Below the pieces are notes generated by a model. That model made no database searches, was not told where the DNA came from, and saw nothing but the letters and a program-made list of their open reading frames with translations. A stretch of 64,000 bases of DNA from NCBI RefSeq assembly GCF_051105105.1, contig NZ_CP185339.1. One strand, written 5' to 3'. Position 1 is the first letter of the stretch, and every line of letters begins with the position of its first letter. Shown piece by piece: positions 39,751 to 49,503 of the stretch. This DNA is from Nannocystis pusilla. GTDB lineage: Bacteria; Myxococcota_A; Polyangia; Nannocystales; Nannocystaceae. Made by a program: the position numbers and the translations under genes.

Positions 39751-41099
39751 CAGATTCGGTCGTCGATCACCTTGAGCGGCCCGAGCCCGAGCGGCTCGAC
39801 CTGGGCGCGGATCGTCGCGGGATCTCCGACCAGCACCACCTGCATCGCCGCCGGCTCGAACCACCGCGACAGCGCGCGCTCCACGTCGTCGTCGCGCACG
39901 CCCCCGAGCCGGCGCAGCTCGGCCGCCAGGGCGTCGTCGGGCCGCCCCGCCACGTGCAGCCGCGCCACCGCCTCCACGACGGCCCCCAGTCGCTGGTGCT
40001 CCAGCATGCGCTCGACCTGGAACGCGCGGCCGAGCAGGCGCAGCACGTCCCCGGTCAGGAAGCGCCCCTGCGCCGCCTTCAGCTGCGAGAGCAGCGCCCG
40101 CAGCGACGAGCCGGTGGCGGCCGCGTCGACTTGAGTCTCGATCGCCAGCAGGCCGCCGCTTCGGGCCGGCGCGTGGCTCACCGCCACGCTGTACGTGTCG
40201 CCGCGATCGCGCCGCAGCACCTCGCGCAGGGCCGAGCCGACCACGGCCGACGCCAGCTCGAGCGCGAGGTCGTCGGCGTCGCCGGCGATCGCTCGGCCCA
40301 CCACGATGGCCGTCTGGGCCAGGCCCGGTCGCGGCACCACCAGCACCTCGCGGCGCGCCGTGGCGAGCTCGAGCGCCGGCTCGGGCAGCTCGGACGATGC
40401 CGACCACTCGCCCAGCGCGCCCGCGGCCGCCCGCGCGAGCTCGGCCCGCGGCGCCTCACCGACGGCCACCAGCGCCGGCCGGGCCCGCAGCCACTGCTCT
40501 TGCGCCTTTCGGACATGTTCGATCGACCAGCCCACGGCCTGACGCGCCTCTCCCAGCGCGTCGAACCGCGGGGCCAGGCGGCGCTGCAGCAGATGCAGCC
40601 CGCGCCGCGCCGGATCGCCGTCGCGCCGCTGCATGGCCGCCAGCCGCTCGCGCCGCAGCGCCTCGACGTCCTCCGCCGTGAGCTCCGGGCTGCGCAGCCC
40701 CGCCGTCACGATCGTCAGCGCCTCGCGCCACGCCGACGCCTCGACCTCGACCCGCAGCAGCGCCCCGTCCCCGAGCCACACCACCTCGATCGCCCCGCCG
40801 AGCTCGCCGAGCGCGTCTTCGACGGCCCGATCGCGCCCGCGGGCCAGCAGCTCGAGGGTGAAGCTCGCCAGCGGCGGATCGATCTCCGCACCTGTCCGCA
40901 AGACCAGCCCGATCGCCGTCGTCGGCCCCGCCCGCCGCACGTGCAGCAGCGACGGCCCCGGCCGCTCGACCCGCGGCACGACCACCGACGGCGCGTTCGT
41001 GGGCAGCTCGGGCGCCGTGTGTCGCCACGACTGATTGCTCGCGCACGCGCCCAGCAGCCCCGCCAGCAACCATGCCCTTGCGATGCCCGCCCCCCTCAT
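39750..41099 (-). CDS. M16 family peptidase, non-catalytic (beta-like) subunit, lipoprotein signal
   Basis: Insulinase-like fold without HxxEH. The start MRGAGIARAWLLAGLLGAC overlaps the stop of the upstream M16 gene (ATGA). Confidence 0.8.
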   Translation of the reverse strand: MRGAGIARAWLLAGLLGACASNQSWRHTAPELPTNAPSVVVPRVERPGPSLLHVRRAGPTTAIGLVLRTGAEIDPPLASFTLELLARGRDRAVEDALGELGGAIEVVWLGDGALLRVEVEASAWREALTIVTAGLRSPELTAEDVEALRRERLAAMQRRDGDPARRGLHLLQRRLAPRFDALGEARQAVGWSIEHVRKAQEQWLRARPALVAVGEAPRAELARAAAGALGEWSASSELPEPALELATARREVLVVPRPGLAQTAIVVGRAIAGDADDLALELASAVVGSALREVLRRDRGDTYSVAVSHAPARSGGLLAIETQVDAAATGSSLRALLSQLKAAQGRFLTGDVLRLLGRAFQVERMLEHQRLGAVVEAVARLHVAGRPDDALAAELRRLGGVRDDDVERALSRWFEPAAMQVVLVGDPATIRAQVEPLGLGPLKVIDDRI

Positions 41100-42415
41100 G
41101 CCTCCCCCTCCGCCAGCACCGCAACGCGCCCGTCCGGCCGCAGCACCTCGCGCGCGAAGCGGGCCACCTCCGCGGGCGTCACCGCCAGCCACTCCTCGAC
41201 ATCCACCTCCCCGCCGAGCGGCTTGCCGGCCGCCGCCTCTGCCGCCAACACGGCCGCGCGGTCCTGCAGGTCTTGCAGCGCGCTGCGATGCTCCCGCGCG
41301 AGCCGCAGCCTGGCGCGTCGCACGGCAGGCTCCGCCAGCGCCCCCTCGGCCACGCGAGCGAGCACGCGATCGACCTCCGCGACCAGGCGCGCCGGATCGG
41401 CGCCGACGCGGCCGATCACTCGCACGAAGAACACCGACTGATGCGGCAGACTGCGCTGCGTCGCCTGGAATTCGGCCGCCTCCGGCGGACCCTCCGCGCG
41501 CGCCAGCCGGACATACCCGCCGCGCTCCAGCGCCTCGGCGAGCACGTCGGCGGCCGCGTCACCGTCGGCGTCGAGCGCCGGCGACGGCCAGGCCATCAAC
41601 ACCGCCGGCGCCGCCCCCACCGGTCGCTCGGCCGCCACGCGCAGCTCGGTCGTCCGCGTCACCTGCGGCACGGTGCGCGCCGGCGGCCGCGGCTGCCCTG
41701 GCAGGCCGCCGAACTGCCGCTCGATCCACGCTGGCGTCTCCGCCGGCAGATCGCCGACCAGCACCAGCGTCGCGTTGCCCGGATGGACATGTCGGCCGAG
41801 GAACGCGTCGACGTTGGCGATCGTCGCCGCCGCCAGGTCGTCGGCGCTGCCGATGATCGCCCCGTGATAGGGGTGCCCCGCCGGAAACAACGCGGTCAGC
41901 GCCTGGATCTCGAGCCGCGCCAGCGGATCTTGCTCGGCCCGCTGGCGCCGCTCGTTGAGCACGATCCGTCGCACGTTCGCCAGCGTCGGCGCGCCGTGTT
42001 GCCCGCGCACGAAGCCGAGGCGATCGGCCTCGATCCACAGCACGTGCTCGGTCGCCTGCGCCGGCGCCGTATAATAATACTCCGTGGCATAAAACCCGGT
42101 CTCCGCGTTGTTCGCGTGGGCCGACAGCGCGTACTCGAGGCCTTCGCGCCGGCTGCGATCGACGTGCGTCGATCCCTCGTGCGCCACGTGCTCGACCACG
42201 TGCGCCAGCCCGCTGCGACCGTGCGGATCGTCGACGCTGCCGGCGTGGACCCGCAGCCGCACCGCCACCAGCGGCGCCCGTCGATCGTGGCGGAGGATCA
42301 CCTCGAGCCCGTTGTCGAGCCGGTAGTGAGCGTCCTGCCCGGGCGTCACGACCGGGGCGGCGAGCAGCGCGAGCACGGCGGCGAGCATCACCGTCAACGT
42401 ACCGCGCGCCCGCAT
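41096..42415 (-). CDS. M16 family zinc metallopeptidase (insulinase-like), catalytic subunit
   Basis: Has a signal peptide. HVVEH is the inverted zincin HxxEH motif, with a downstream E. Confidence 0.85.
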   Translation of the reverse strand: MRARGTLTVMLAAVLALLAAPVVTPGQDAHYRLDNGLEVILRHDRRAPLVAVRLRVHAGSVDDPHGRSGLAHVVEHVAHEGSTHVDRSRREGLEYALSAHANNAETGFYATEYYYTAPAQATEHVLWIEADRLGFVRGQHGAPTLANVRRIVLNERRQRAEQDPLARLEIQALTALFPAGHPYHGAIIGSADDLAAATIANVDAFLGRHVHPGNATLVLVGDLPAETPAWIERQFGGLPGQPRPPARTVPQVTRTTELRVAAERPVGAAPAVLMAWPSPALDADGDAAADVLAEALERGGYVRLARAEGPPEAAEFQATQRSLPHQSVFFVRVIGRVGADPARLVAEVDRVLARVAEGALAEPAVRRARLRLAREHRSALQDLQDRAAVLAAEAAAGKPLGGEVDVEEWLAVTPAEVARFAREVLRPDGRVAVLAEGEA

Positions 42416-42486
42416 TGCGGCGCCGCGGTCGCCGATCGGACGCGGCGCCCGTCCTCACCCGCGGGCCGCGGCCACGCGCGCGCGCA

Positions 42487-43557
42487 TCACATCGGTCGCG
42501 GGCGGCACACCAGCAGCGTGTGGCTGACCCCGAGGTCGTCGTACTCGCGCTCGACCTCAAGGCCGGCCGCGTGGACGCACGCGAGGAACGTCGTCGAGCG
42601 GTACATCTGACTGGTGCCGTTGGCGACCGCGGTGAAGTACAGCGACGTCATCTGCAGGCAGAAGCTGGCGGCTTCGAAGCGCTGGCGGTCCCAGAACGCC
42701 TCGAGGATGTAGATCTTGCAATTCGGCCCGGCCGCGGCGATGCAGCGGCGCAGGATCGACACGATCTCCGCCTCGGAGAAGCAGTCGAGGAACTGGCTCA
42801 TCCAGATCGCGTCGAAGCCGGTCGGGATCGCCGAGTTCTCGTCGAGCAGGTCGGCCTCGTGGAAGCGCGCCCGCGCCAGCAGCCCCGCCTCGCGCAGGTT
42901 CTGCTCGGCGTTGCGGAGCTGCCCCGGCAGGTCCATCAGCGTCACCTCGACGTTGGGGTCGTGCCGCATGCACGCCGTCGCCCACTTGCCCGTGTTGCCG
43001 CCGATGTCGAGCAGCCGCTTCGGCTTGCCCGCGAACACCAGCGGCAGCGCCGCGCCGAACGCCCCGTCGGAATAGTAGTGGTCGAACTGAAACCACGACT
43101 TTCGCACCGACTCCGGCAATTGCGACAGCCCGGCGTAGACCGTCGGCCACTCGCCGAACACCTTGAGCCCCTCCGGCTTGCCCGACGCCACCGCCGCGTC
43201 GAGCCCCGCGATGCCGTGGTAATTCACGTCGCGCACGAAGTCGAAGTTGGCGCGCGTCATCGGATCGTGCTGCACGTACACGCCCGTCTTCGTGATGCGA
43301 TAGCGGCCGTCGACCTCGGTCACGAGCCCGATCCCCAGCCCCGCCTCGAGCACCACCCGCGTGCCGTAGATCGGCAGCTCCGCCGCCGCCGCGACCTCCT
43401 CGAGGGTGAGGCCCTCGCGGCTGCGCTCGATGGCGAGGAGGATCCCGCGGTCGCGCAGCACGCGGGTGGCCTGGAACACGAACGGGGCGAACGCGATCCA
43501 CTGCGCGCGCTCCAGCGCCTCGAGCGCGGTGATGGGCTTGGGAACGTTTACGGACAT
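42487..43557 (-). CDS. class I SAM-dependent O-methyltransferase (O-MT family 2)
   Basis: LLDIGGNTGKW is SAM-binding motif I. An N-terminal dimerisation/winged-helix region is present. 356 aa. Confidence 0.85.
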   Translation of the reverse strand: MSVNVPKPITALEALERAQWIAFAPFVFQATRVLRDRGILLAIERSREGLTLEEVAAAAELPIYGTRVVLEAGLGIGLVTEVDGRYRITKTGVYVQHDPMTRANFDFVRDVNYHGIAGLDAAVASGKPEGLKVFGEWPTVYAGLSQLPESVRKSWFQFDHYYSDGAFGAALPLVFAGKPKRLLDIGGNTGKWATACMRHDPNVEVTLMDLPGQLRNAEQNLREAGLLARARFHEADLLDENSAIPTGFDAIWMSQFLDCFSEAEIVSILRRCIAAAGPNCKIYILEAFWDRQRFEAASFCLQMTSLYFTAVANGTSQMYRSTTFLACVHAAGLEVEREYDDLGVSHTLLVCRPRPM

Positions 43558-43957
43558 GCCGAGGGCCCCGACTGTCGCTCACCGCGGCCCCGCCGACGAG
43601 TGGCAGATGACCCGGAGCGCAGCGCGCGCTTTCGCCCCGCGCCCGCAGCCGGACCCGCGGCTACGGCCCCCCAGGCGCGCAGCGAGCCGGTCTCTCGCAC
43701 TCGCGGGCGGCCCGGGCGCCCGATCTCCGCCGCACGCGACCCGGGCGATCTCCCTCGCCTCCGACGGCTGTCGAGATTGAAACACCGCGTCGCGTTTCTC
43801 GACACTCGAGTCACGCGGCGACGCCCCCCGCACGACTGCGAGGAACGTCGCGCCGCCCGGTCCGACCTCGCGCGCCTCGTCGGCCCATTCGTCGCGCGAT
43901 CGCGTCAGGCGGGAATCAGTACAGAGGGTCTCCGTCCCATTCGCGCCCGGGCTCGCA

Positions 43958-44401
43958 TCAGCGATCCTCGGGACCCGAGCTCACGTCCACGAGCAGCCTG
44001 GTGCCGGCCGTGCCGTCGGCGTTGATCATCGTCTGGACGTTGCATTGCAGCACCCGTCCCCGCACGCGCTCCTCGATCTCGACGTCCTCCGCTTGCCACG
44101 GCGGCGTCTCGCCCTCGTTGACCCATGGCATGTACACCACGCCGGTCACCCGATCGGTCAACACCGCGTACTTGACCTCCACGCTCAGGAAGCCCCGCGC
44201 CGGCTTCACGTAGGTCACGAACTCGATCTCGTGGCCGCGGGGAATGGCAGCAGTGCCGAGAATGAAGACGCTCACGGGGGCGGCGGCCGAGGACCTGGCA
44301 TGCTGCATGGCGGCGTCGAGGATGCCGCACGGGTCGACCGAAGTCACGTCGAGCCGCTCCTGCGAGTCGCTTCGCAACCTCGGCCTGGCGCGAGCGGACA
44401 C
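43958..44401 (-). CDS. PilZ-domain protein (putative c-di-GMP receptor)
   Basis: RARPRLR is an RxxxR motif at the N-terminus. LLVDVSSG near the C-terminus is (D/N)xSxxG-like. Confidence 0.55.
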   Translation of the reverse strand: MSARARPRLRSDSQERLDVTSVDPCGILDAAMQHARSSAAAPVSVFILGTAAIPRGHEIEFVTYVKPARGFLSVEVKYAVLTDRVTGVVYMPWVNEGETPPWQAEDVEIEERVRGRVLQCNVQTMINADGTAGTRLLVDVSSGPEDR

Positions 44402-44422
44402 CTTCGCGCCCGCTCGCGCCCC

Positions 44423-45643
44423 TCACACCGGCGGCGCGCAATGCCTTGCGATCTGTGCCACCGCCTGCGCGCGCGGCAGCACCTGCTGCTCGTCGCGGAT
44501 CCGCAGCGTCAGCGCCTCGCTGCTCGCCTCGCGCGCCCCGATCACCGCGAGCATCGGCACCCCTTGCGCGTGCGCCTCCGCCACGCGGCGGGCCAGCGTC
44601 TCGCGGCGGTCGTCGAGCTGGGCCCGGACCCCCGCCGCGCACAGCTCCGCCGTTGCCGCCTCTGCCGCCGCTTGCTGGGCCGGGGCCACCGGCGCCACCA
44701 CCACTTGCACGGGCGCCAACCAGGCCGGCAGCGCGCCTGCGTGGTGCTCGAGCACGATCGCCAGGAAGCGCTCGAGGCTGCCGTAGATCGCCCGGTGCAG
44801 CATCGCCGGGCGGCGGCGCTGACCGGCCTCGTCGATGTAATGCAGCCCGAAGCGCTCCGGCAGGTTGAAGTCGAGCTGGATCGTCCCGCACTGCCACGAG
44901 CGGCCGAGGCGGTCGCGCAGCGAGAACTCGAGCTTCGGCCCGTAGAACGCCCCCTCGCCCGGCTGCACCACGTAATCGAGCCCTGCCTCGCGCGCCGCCG
45001 CTGCCAGCTGCGCCTCCGCGCGGTCCCACAGCGCATCGTCGCCGACCCGCTCCGGCGGGCGCGTCGACAGCCCGACCGCGAAGTCTTCGAACCCGAAGCC
45101 TGCGTAGAACCTGCGGGCGCCCTGGCAGAAGCGCACGATCTCGGCCGCGATCTGGTCAGGAGCGCAGAACACGTGGCCGTCGTCCTGCGTGAACTGGCGC
45201 AGGCGGAACAGCCCGTGCAGCGTCCCGCTCGGCTCGTCGCGGTGGCACAGCCCGAACTCGCACAGGCGCAGCGGCAGGTCGCGGTACGACAGCGCGCTGC
45301 GCTGGGCGATCTGGATGTGACCCGGGCAGCTCACCGGCTTTAGCGCCGAGCAGCAGCCCTCGTCGGCGACTGCGAACATTCCCTGGCGAAAATGCTGCCA
45401 GTGGCCGCTCTTCTCCCAGATCGGCTGTCGCAACAATTGCGGCGTGCGGACCTCGCTATAGCCGTCGGCGCTGGCGCGGCGGCGGGCCGCGTCTTCCAGC
45501 GCGCGGGCGAGGACCAGGCCGCGGGGGTGCCAGAACACCATCGCCGGCGCTTCTTCCTGCAGGTGGAACAGGCCGAGGCGAGGGCCGAGGGCGCGGTGGT
45601 CGTGGGCGTCGAGGACGGAATGGGGGCTGATGTCGTGGCTCAT
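44423..45643 (-). CDS. threonyl-tRNA synthetase-like protein comprising only the class II catalytic core and anticodon-binding domain (no N-terminal TGS/editing domains)
   Basis: HRALGPRLGLFHLQEEAPAMVFWHPRG matches ThrRS [29 protein letters not shown]. Motif 2 (FRLRQFTQDDGHVF) and motif 3 (GEGAFYGPKLEF) are present. The anticodon-binding C-terminus is LAPVQVVVAPV. About 406 aa, versus about 640 for canonical ThrRS. Confidence 0.8.
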   Translation of the reverse strand: MSHDISPHSVLDAHDHRALGPRLGLFHLQEEAPAMVFWHPRGLVLARALEDAARRRASADGYSEVRTPQLLRQPIWEKSGHWQHFRQGMFAVADEGCCSALKPVSCPGHIQIAQRSALSYRDLPLRLCEFGLCHRDEPSGTLHGLFRLRQFTQDDGHVFCAPDQIAAEIVRFCQGARRFYAGFGFEDFAVGLSTRPPERVGDDALWDRAEAQLAAAAREAGLDYVVQPGEGAFYGPKLEFSLRDRLGRSWQCGTIQLDFNLPERFGLHYIDEAGQRRRPAMLHRAIYGSLERFLAIVLEHHAGALPAWLAPVQVVVAPVAPAQQAAAEAATAELCAAGVRAQLDDRRETLARRVAEAHAQGVPMLAVIGAREASSEALTLRIRDEQQVLPRAQAVAQIARHCAPPV

Positions 45644-46492
45644 GGCGGCGGTCTCCGGGGGTGAAAGGACCGGCCGGACGGAGCGACGCCACCATGCGCG
45701 CAAAAGCCCCGCCGGCTCGGGCGGGGCTTCGCAGGGCGTGTGTCTCGAGGACTCTCAGCGCACGCGCACGCGACCGACCCCACCCGGAAGGGTGGTGGTA
45801 GTAGTCGCGGTGGTGGCGCGCCGGAGCATCGATTTGGGGATACACGCGGCCTGTGGAGCGGTCAAGCCGAACGCTCGTGCGGAAGCTCGTGGGCACGTGA
45901 ATCCTACACCTGCGATTGCGATCACCTTCTGCTTTCGGTCGCGTGTCGCCGACCATCGCTGCGCCCGCGACGACCTGTCCCTTCAGACATGCTTTAAGTA
46001 TTCGTGCGTCGACCTCGGAGGGCGCTCGCCCCGGACCTGACCCTTCGGCCAGCCGCAGCGCGCCCGCCGAACACCGCCATCCCGCAGCTCGGCCCGCCGC
46101 GCGGGCGAGCTCCGGCCCGCCTCGCCGCCGCGCCGGCCCGGGGCCCGACGCTCGCGGCCGTCGCGTCGCCCGCCTCGCCGCTGCAGCCGCCGCGACATGT
46201 CTCTTCGGCCAGCCTCGATCGCCGCGCCGGCGATCGCCCCTCGCCGACCTCCGCGCCGCGCACCCCGCCGCTGCAGACCGCCCCGGACATGTCCCTTCGG
46301 GCAGCTCGCCCTCCCTCGGGCCGCGGCCGAGCGCGCCGCCCCGGCGGCGCCCGGCGCCCGTGCGGAACACCGTCGCCGGGCGCCGCCAGGCCTGTCTCTT
46401 GGACCAGCCGAGGACGGAGCGCGAGCGATCGCGCGCCCCGCCTGCGTGCAGGCCCGCTTCCGGCCGTGGCCGCGCTGTCGTATCACTCCGCC

Positions 46493-47827
46493 ATGCCCAC
46501 CTCAGGCTCCGCGTCGGCGCCTCGCCGCGCGATCGTGATCGGCGCCGGGATCGCCGGCCTCCTCGCCGCCCGCGTGCTCACGCGTCACTTCGAGCGCGTC
46601 ACTCTCCTCGATCGCGACAGCTTGCCGGCCGGGCCCGAGCCGCGGGCCGGCGCGCCGCAGAGCCACCACGTCCACGTCTTGTTGACGCGCGGCTGGCAGA
46701 TCATGAGCGAGCAGTTCCCCGGCCTCGGCGACGCGCTCGCGGCCGCGGGCGCCCACGAGATCGACTGGCTCGACGACGTCGCCTGGCACACCCCGTTCGG
46801 TCAGGCGCCGCGGGTCCCCTCGCCGCTGCGCTCGCGCGCCTGCACCCGCGGCCTGCTCGAGTACCAGCTGCGCACCGCCCTGGTCGCCGACGAGCGCGTG
46901 CGCATCCACTCCGGCCTCGAGGTCACCGGCCTGCAGGCGGTCGGCGAGCGGATCGTCGGCGTCCAGGTCCACCGCCGCGCCGGCGCGCCCGAGCTCGCGG
47001 CCGACGAGCTGCGCGCCGACCTCGTCGTCGACGCCGGAGGGCGCGCCTCCAAGGCCCCGACCTGGCTGGCCGCGCTCGGCTACCCCGAGCCGCCCGAGAC
47101 CATCATCGACGCCCAGCTCGGCTACGCCACCCGCCTCTACGAGCTGAGCGCCCGGCCCGACTGGAAGGTCCTCTACGCCATGGGCAAGCCGGGCAAGAAC
47201 CCGCGCGGCGGCGTCGTCTACCCGGTCGAGGGCGGGCGTCACATCGTCACCCTCGTCGGCTACGGCGGCGTGTTCCCGCCGGTCGACGAGGCCGGCTTCC
47301 TCGAGTTCGCCGGCGCCCTCGAGACCCCCGCGCTGCGCAACGTCCTGGTCGGCGCCACCCCCTGCTCTGCCATCCACGGCTATCGCAGGACCGAGAACCG
47401 CCTGCGCCACTACGAGCGCCTGCGCCGCTGGCCCGACGGCTTCGTCGTCCTCGGCGACGCCGCCTGCGCGCTCAACCCCGTCTACGGCCAGGGCATGAGC
47501 GTCGCCGCCGTCGCCGCCACGGTCCTGGGCGCGGCCCTGCGCGCGCGGCCGTACGAGCCGCTCGGCCTGCGCTTCCAGAGGCGCCTCGCCGCCGGCAACC
47601 TCGCCGCCTTCATGACCGCCAGCAGCGACGACCTGCGCTGGCCGGGGACCACCGGCAAGGTCTCGCCGGGCCTCAAGCTCATGCACCGCTTCGTCGACCG
47701 AGTCTTCGCCGCCGCCACCCGCTCGCCCGAGCTCTACCTGCGCCTGATCGAGGTCCTGCACCTGATGCGCCCGAGCCGCGACCTGTTCCACCCGAGCGTG
47801 CTGCGCCGGGCCCTGCTGACGCGCTGA
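46493..47827 (+). CDS. FAD-dependent oxidoreductase/monooxygenase
   Basis: RRAIVIGAGIAGLLAARVL is a GxGxxG dinucleotide-binding motif. A second block is DLVVDAGGRAS. It lies in frame inside ORF 46004..47827. Confidence 0.75.
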   Translation: MPTSGSASAPRRAIVIGAGIAGLLAARVLTRHFERVTLLDRDSLPAGPEPRAGAPQSHHVHVLLTRGWQIMSEQFPGLGDALAAAGAHEIDWLDDVAWHTPFGQAPRVPSPLRSRACTRGLLEYQLRTALVADERVRIHSGLEVTGLQAVGERIVGVQVHRRAGAPELAADELRADLVVDAGGRASKAPTWLAALGYPEPPETIIDAQLGYATRLYELSARPDWKVLYAMGKPGKNPRGGVVYPVEGGRHIVTLVGYGGVFPPVDEAGFLEFAGALETPALRNVLVGATPCSAIHGYRRTENRLRHYERLRRWPDGFVVLGDAACALNPVYGQGMSVAAVAATVLGAALRARPYEPLGLRFQRRLAAGNLAAFMTASSDDLRWPGTTGKVSPGLKLMHRFVDRVFAAATRSPELYLRLIEVLHLMRPSRDLFHPSVLRRALLTR

Positions 47828-47905
47828 CCTGCCCCCGACGATGTCTCTTACGGCATGTCCTCGGAGACATGCACGTTTAGACATGCTCAAAAGGACATGT
47901 CCATC
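47828..47905. repeat. GACATG-core 13-14-bp unit array between convergent genes
   Basis: gatgtctcttacg/gcatgtcctcgga/gacatgcacgttta/gacatgctcaaaag/gacatgtccatcca. Confidence 0.7.
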
Positions 47906-48023
47906 CATTCATCGATCGCTCGTCCGCGGCTGCGCCCGGAATGCGAGACCGAGGCTCGTCGACGCGCCCGGCGGCGCTCAGCGTTTCGCGGGCGCCCGCC
48001 TCCGAGAGCCAGCCGACGCCCGC

Positions 48024-49094
48024 TCACGGCCGCAGGTCGACCAGCCACGACCAGCCGAGCGCCCCCGGTCGCGTCGTCAGGCTCAACGACTCGGGCGCTT
48101 TCGGCAATGTCCCGACGACCCTGTCCATCGGGACAGCCAGGCGCGTCGACGTGCGACCGACCTCGAGCCCGACCACGTCGACGACCACCAGCGTCTCGCT
48201 GCGGTCGACCAGCTCCACCGGCAGGCGGACGGCGACCTCGGGGCCGCGATCGAGCGCCGCGTTGGCCCACAGCGCCAGCTTCATCCCGGCGAACGGCGTC
48301 GTCAGCAGGAACGCCGCCGCGCTGAGCGTGAACCACCGCAGCGAGTCCGGCGCGCCGCGCAAGATCAGCCCCAGCGGAGCCAGCACCACCAACCATAACA
48401 GCCCGCCGAGGCCGAGCGCCCCGAACACCGGCCCCCACGCCAGCACCTGCGGCGGGCGCAGCAGCACCGCCAGGCCGAGGGTGACCAGCCACGCGAACGC
48501 GATCACGAAGATGTGGCCGACCGAGCGCCGGCGCACCAGCTCGCCGCGCGTCGGCATGTCCTTCGGGACAGCCATCGCCGCCGCCAGCGCGCGCAGCGAC
48601 GCGAGCAGCGCTTCCGCGACCGTCGCCTCCGCCAGCTGCGTCGCCGACAGCCGCGCTGTCACCCGGCCCTCGCCGAGCTGGACCTCGCGGGCCGGCCCGC
48701 GCACCAGCGCCACCGCGGCCGCCCGCGCGGCAGGTTCGGCCAGCACCCGGGCCACGAGCGCGTCCGGGGCCTCGGACTCGACGTAGACCGCCGCGTCGAA
48801 CGCCGGGTCGCCCAGCTGCAGCTCGCGGTTGAGGCCGACCGCCTTGCCGCCGCGGTCGAGCGCGTCCTCGGCCCGCAGCACGATCCGCGGCGTCTCGGCC
48901 GCGTCGGCGCGCAGCACCGCGAACACCGCCCCGACGCACGCGCCCTCCTCGAGCTCGGGATACACATGGACCTCGGGACCTGTCCCGGAGCGCAGCACGA
49001 ACGGCGCCAGCTCGCTCCGCCCGCCCGCCTCCGCCGCCAGGGTCTCGCCGCCGAGCGCCTCCGCGAGCCGTGCGAAGTCCATACGCCGGAGCAT
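48024..49094 (-). CDS. hypothetical membrane protein
   Basis: The ORF has a central multi-TM segment (IFVIAFAWLVTLGLAVLL...LGGLLWLVVLAPLGLIL). The start is uncertain: ATG at 49118, 49094 or 49082. Confidence 0.5.
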   Translation of the reverse strand: MLRRMDFARLAEALGGETLAAEAGGRSELAPFVLRSGTGPEVHVYPELEEGACVGAVFAVLRADAAETPRIVLRAEDALDRGGKAVGLNRELQLGDPAFDAAVYVESEAPDALVARVLAEPAARAAAVALVRGPAREVQLGEGRVTARLSATQLAEATVAEALLASLRALAAAMAVPKDMPTRGELVRRRSVGHIFVIAFAWLVTLGLAVLLRPPQVLAWGPVFGALGLGGLLWLVVLAPLGLILRGAPDSLRWFTLSAAAFLLTTPFAGMKLALWANAALDRGPEVAVRLPVELVDRSETLVVVDVVGLEVGRTSTRLAVPMDRVVGTLPKAPESLSLTTRPGALGWSWLVDLRP

Positions 49095-49503
49095 GGCCCG
49101 CGACGACCCGCCCGACAAGGGCCCCGCCCGCGCCGTGCCGGCCGGTGTGGCCGAACCCGCCCGTCATCGCCAAGGAAGGCCGCGACGGAACGCCGTTGCT
49201 CGTCCACCTCCCATCGCGGTTCAATTGAAGAAAAAACCGAGCTGCTCGCCGCGGGCGACACCTCGAGCGGCCGCTCCCCAGCCCAGGCGCAAAACGCTGG
49301 ACCGCTCGCCAGGCGCCCGCCGTGCCTCCGCCGGCGCGGGGCGCCCGTCGCTCCTGCGAAGCGGGACGGGCCCACGCGGCCGGTCACCCCGCCACGCTCA
49401 CCGCAGTCGCGCCGGCAGGTCTTGTGCCCCTCGCGCCATGTCCCGGGGGCCATGCCTTAAAGGGCATGTCTCCCGCGACATGCCCCTGGGGACCTGTCCC
49501 TCG

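Noticed and set aside
43766-43800. Imperfect long palindrome GTCGAGATTGAAAC-N10-GTTTCTCGAC between the O-methyltransferase start and the PilZ gene end, as a terminator or operator
   Set aside because: It could be either, since it lies about 160 bp from the PilZ stop and about 210 bp from the O-MT start. There is no T-run and no second copy. Evidence is insufficient to call a feature.
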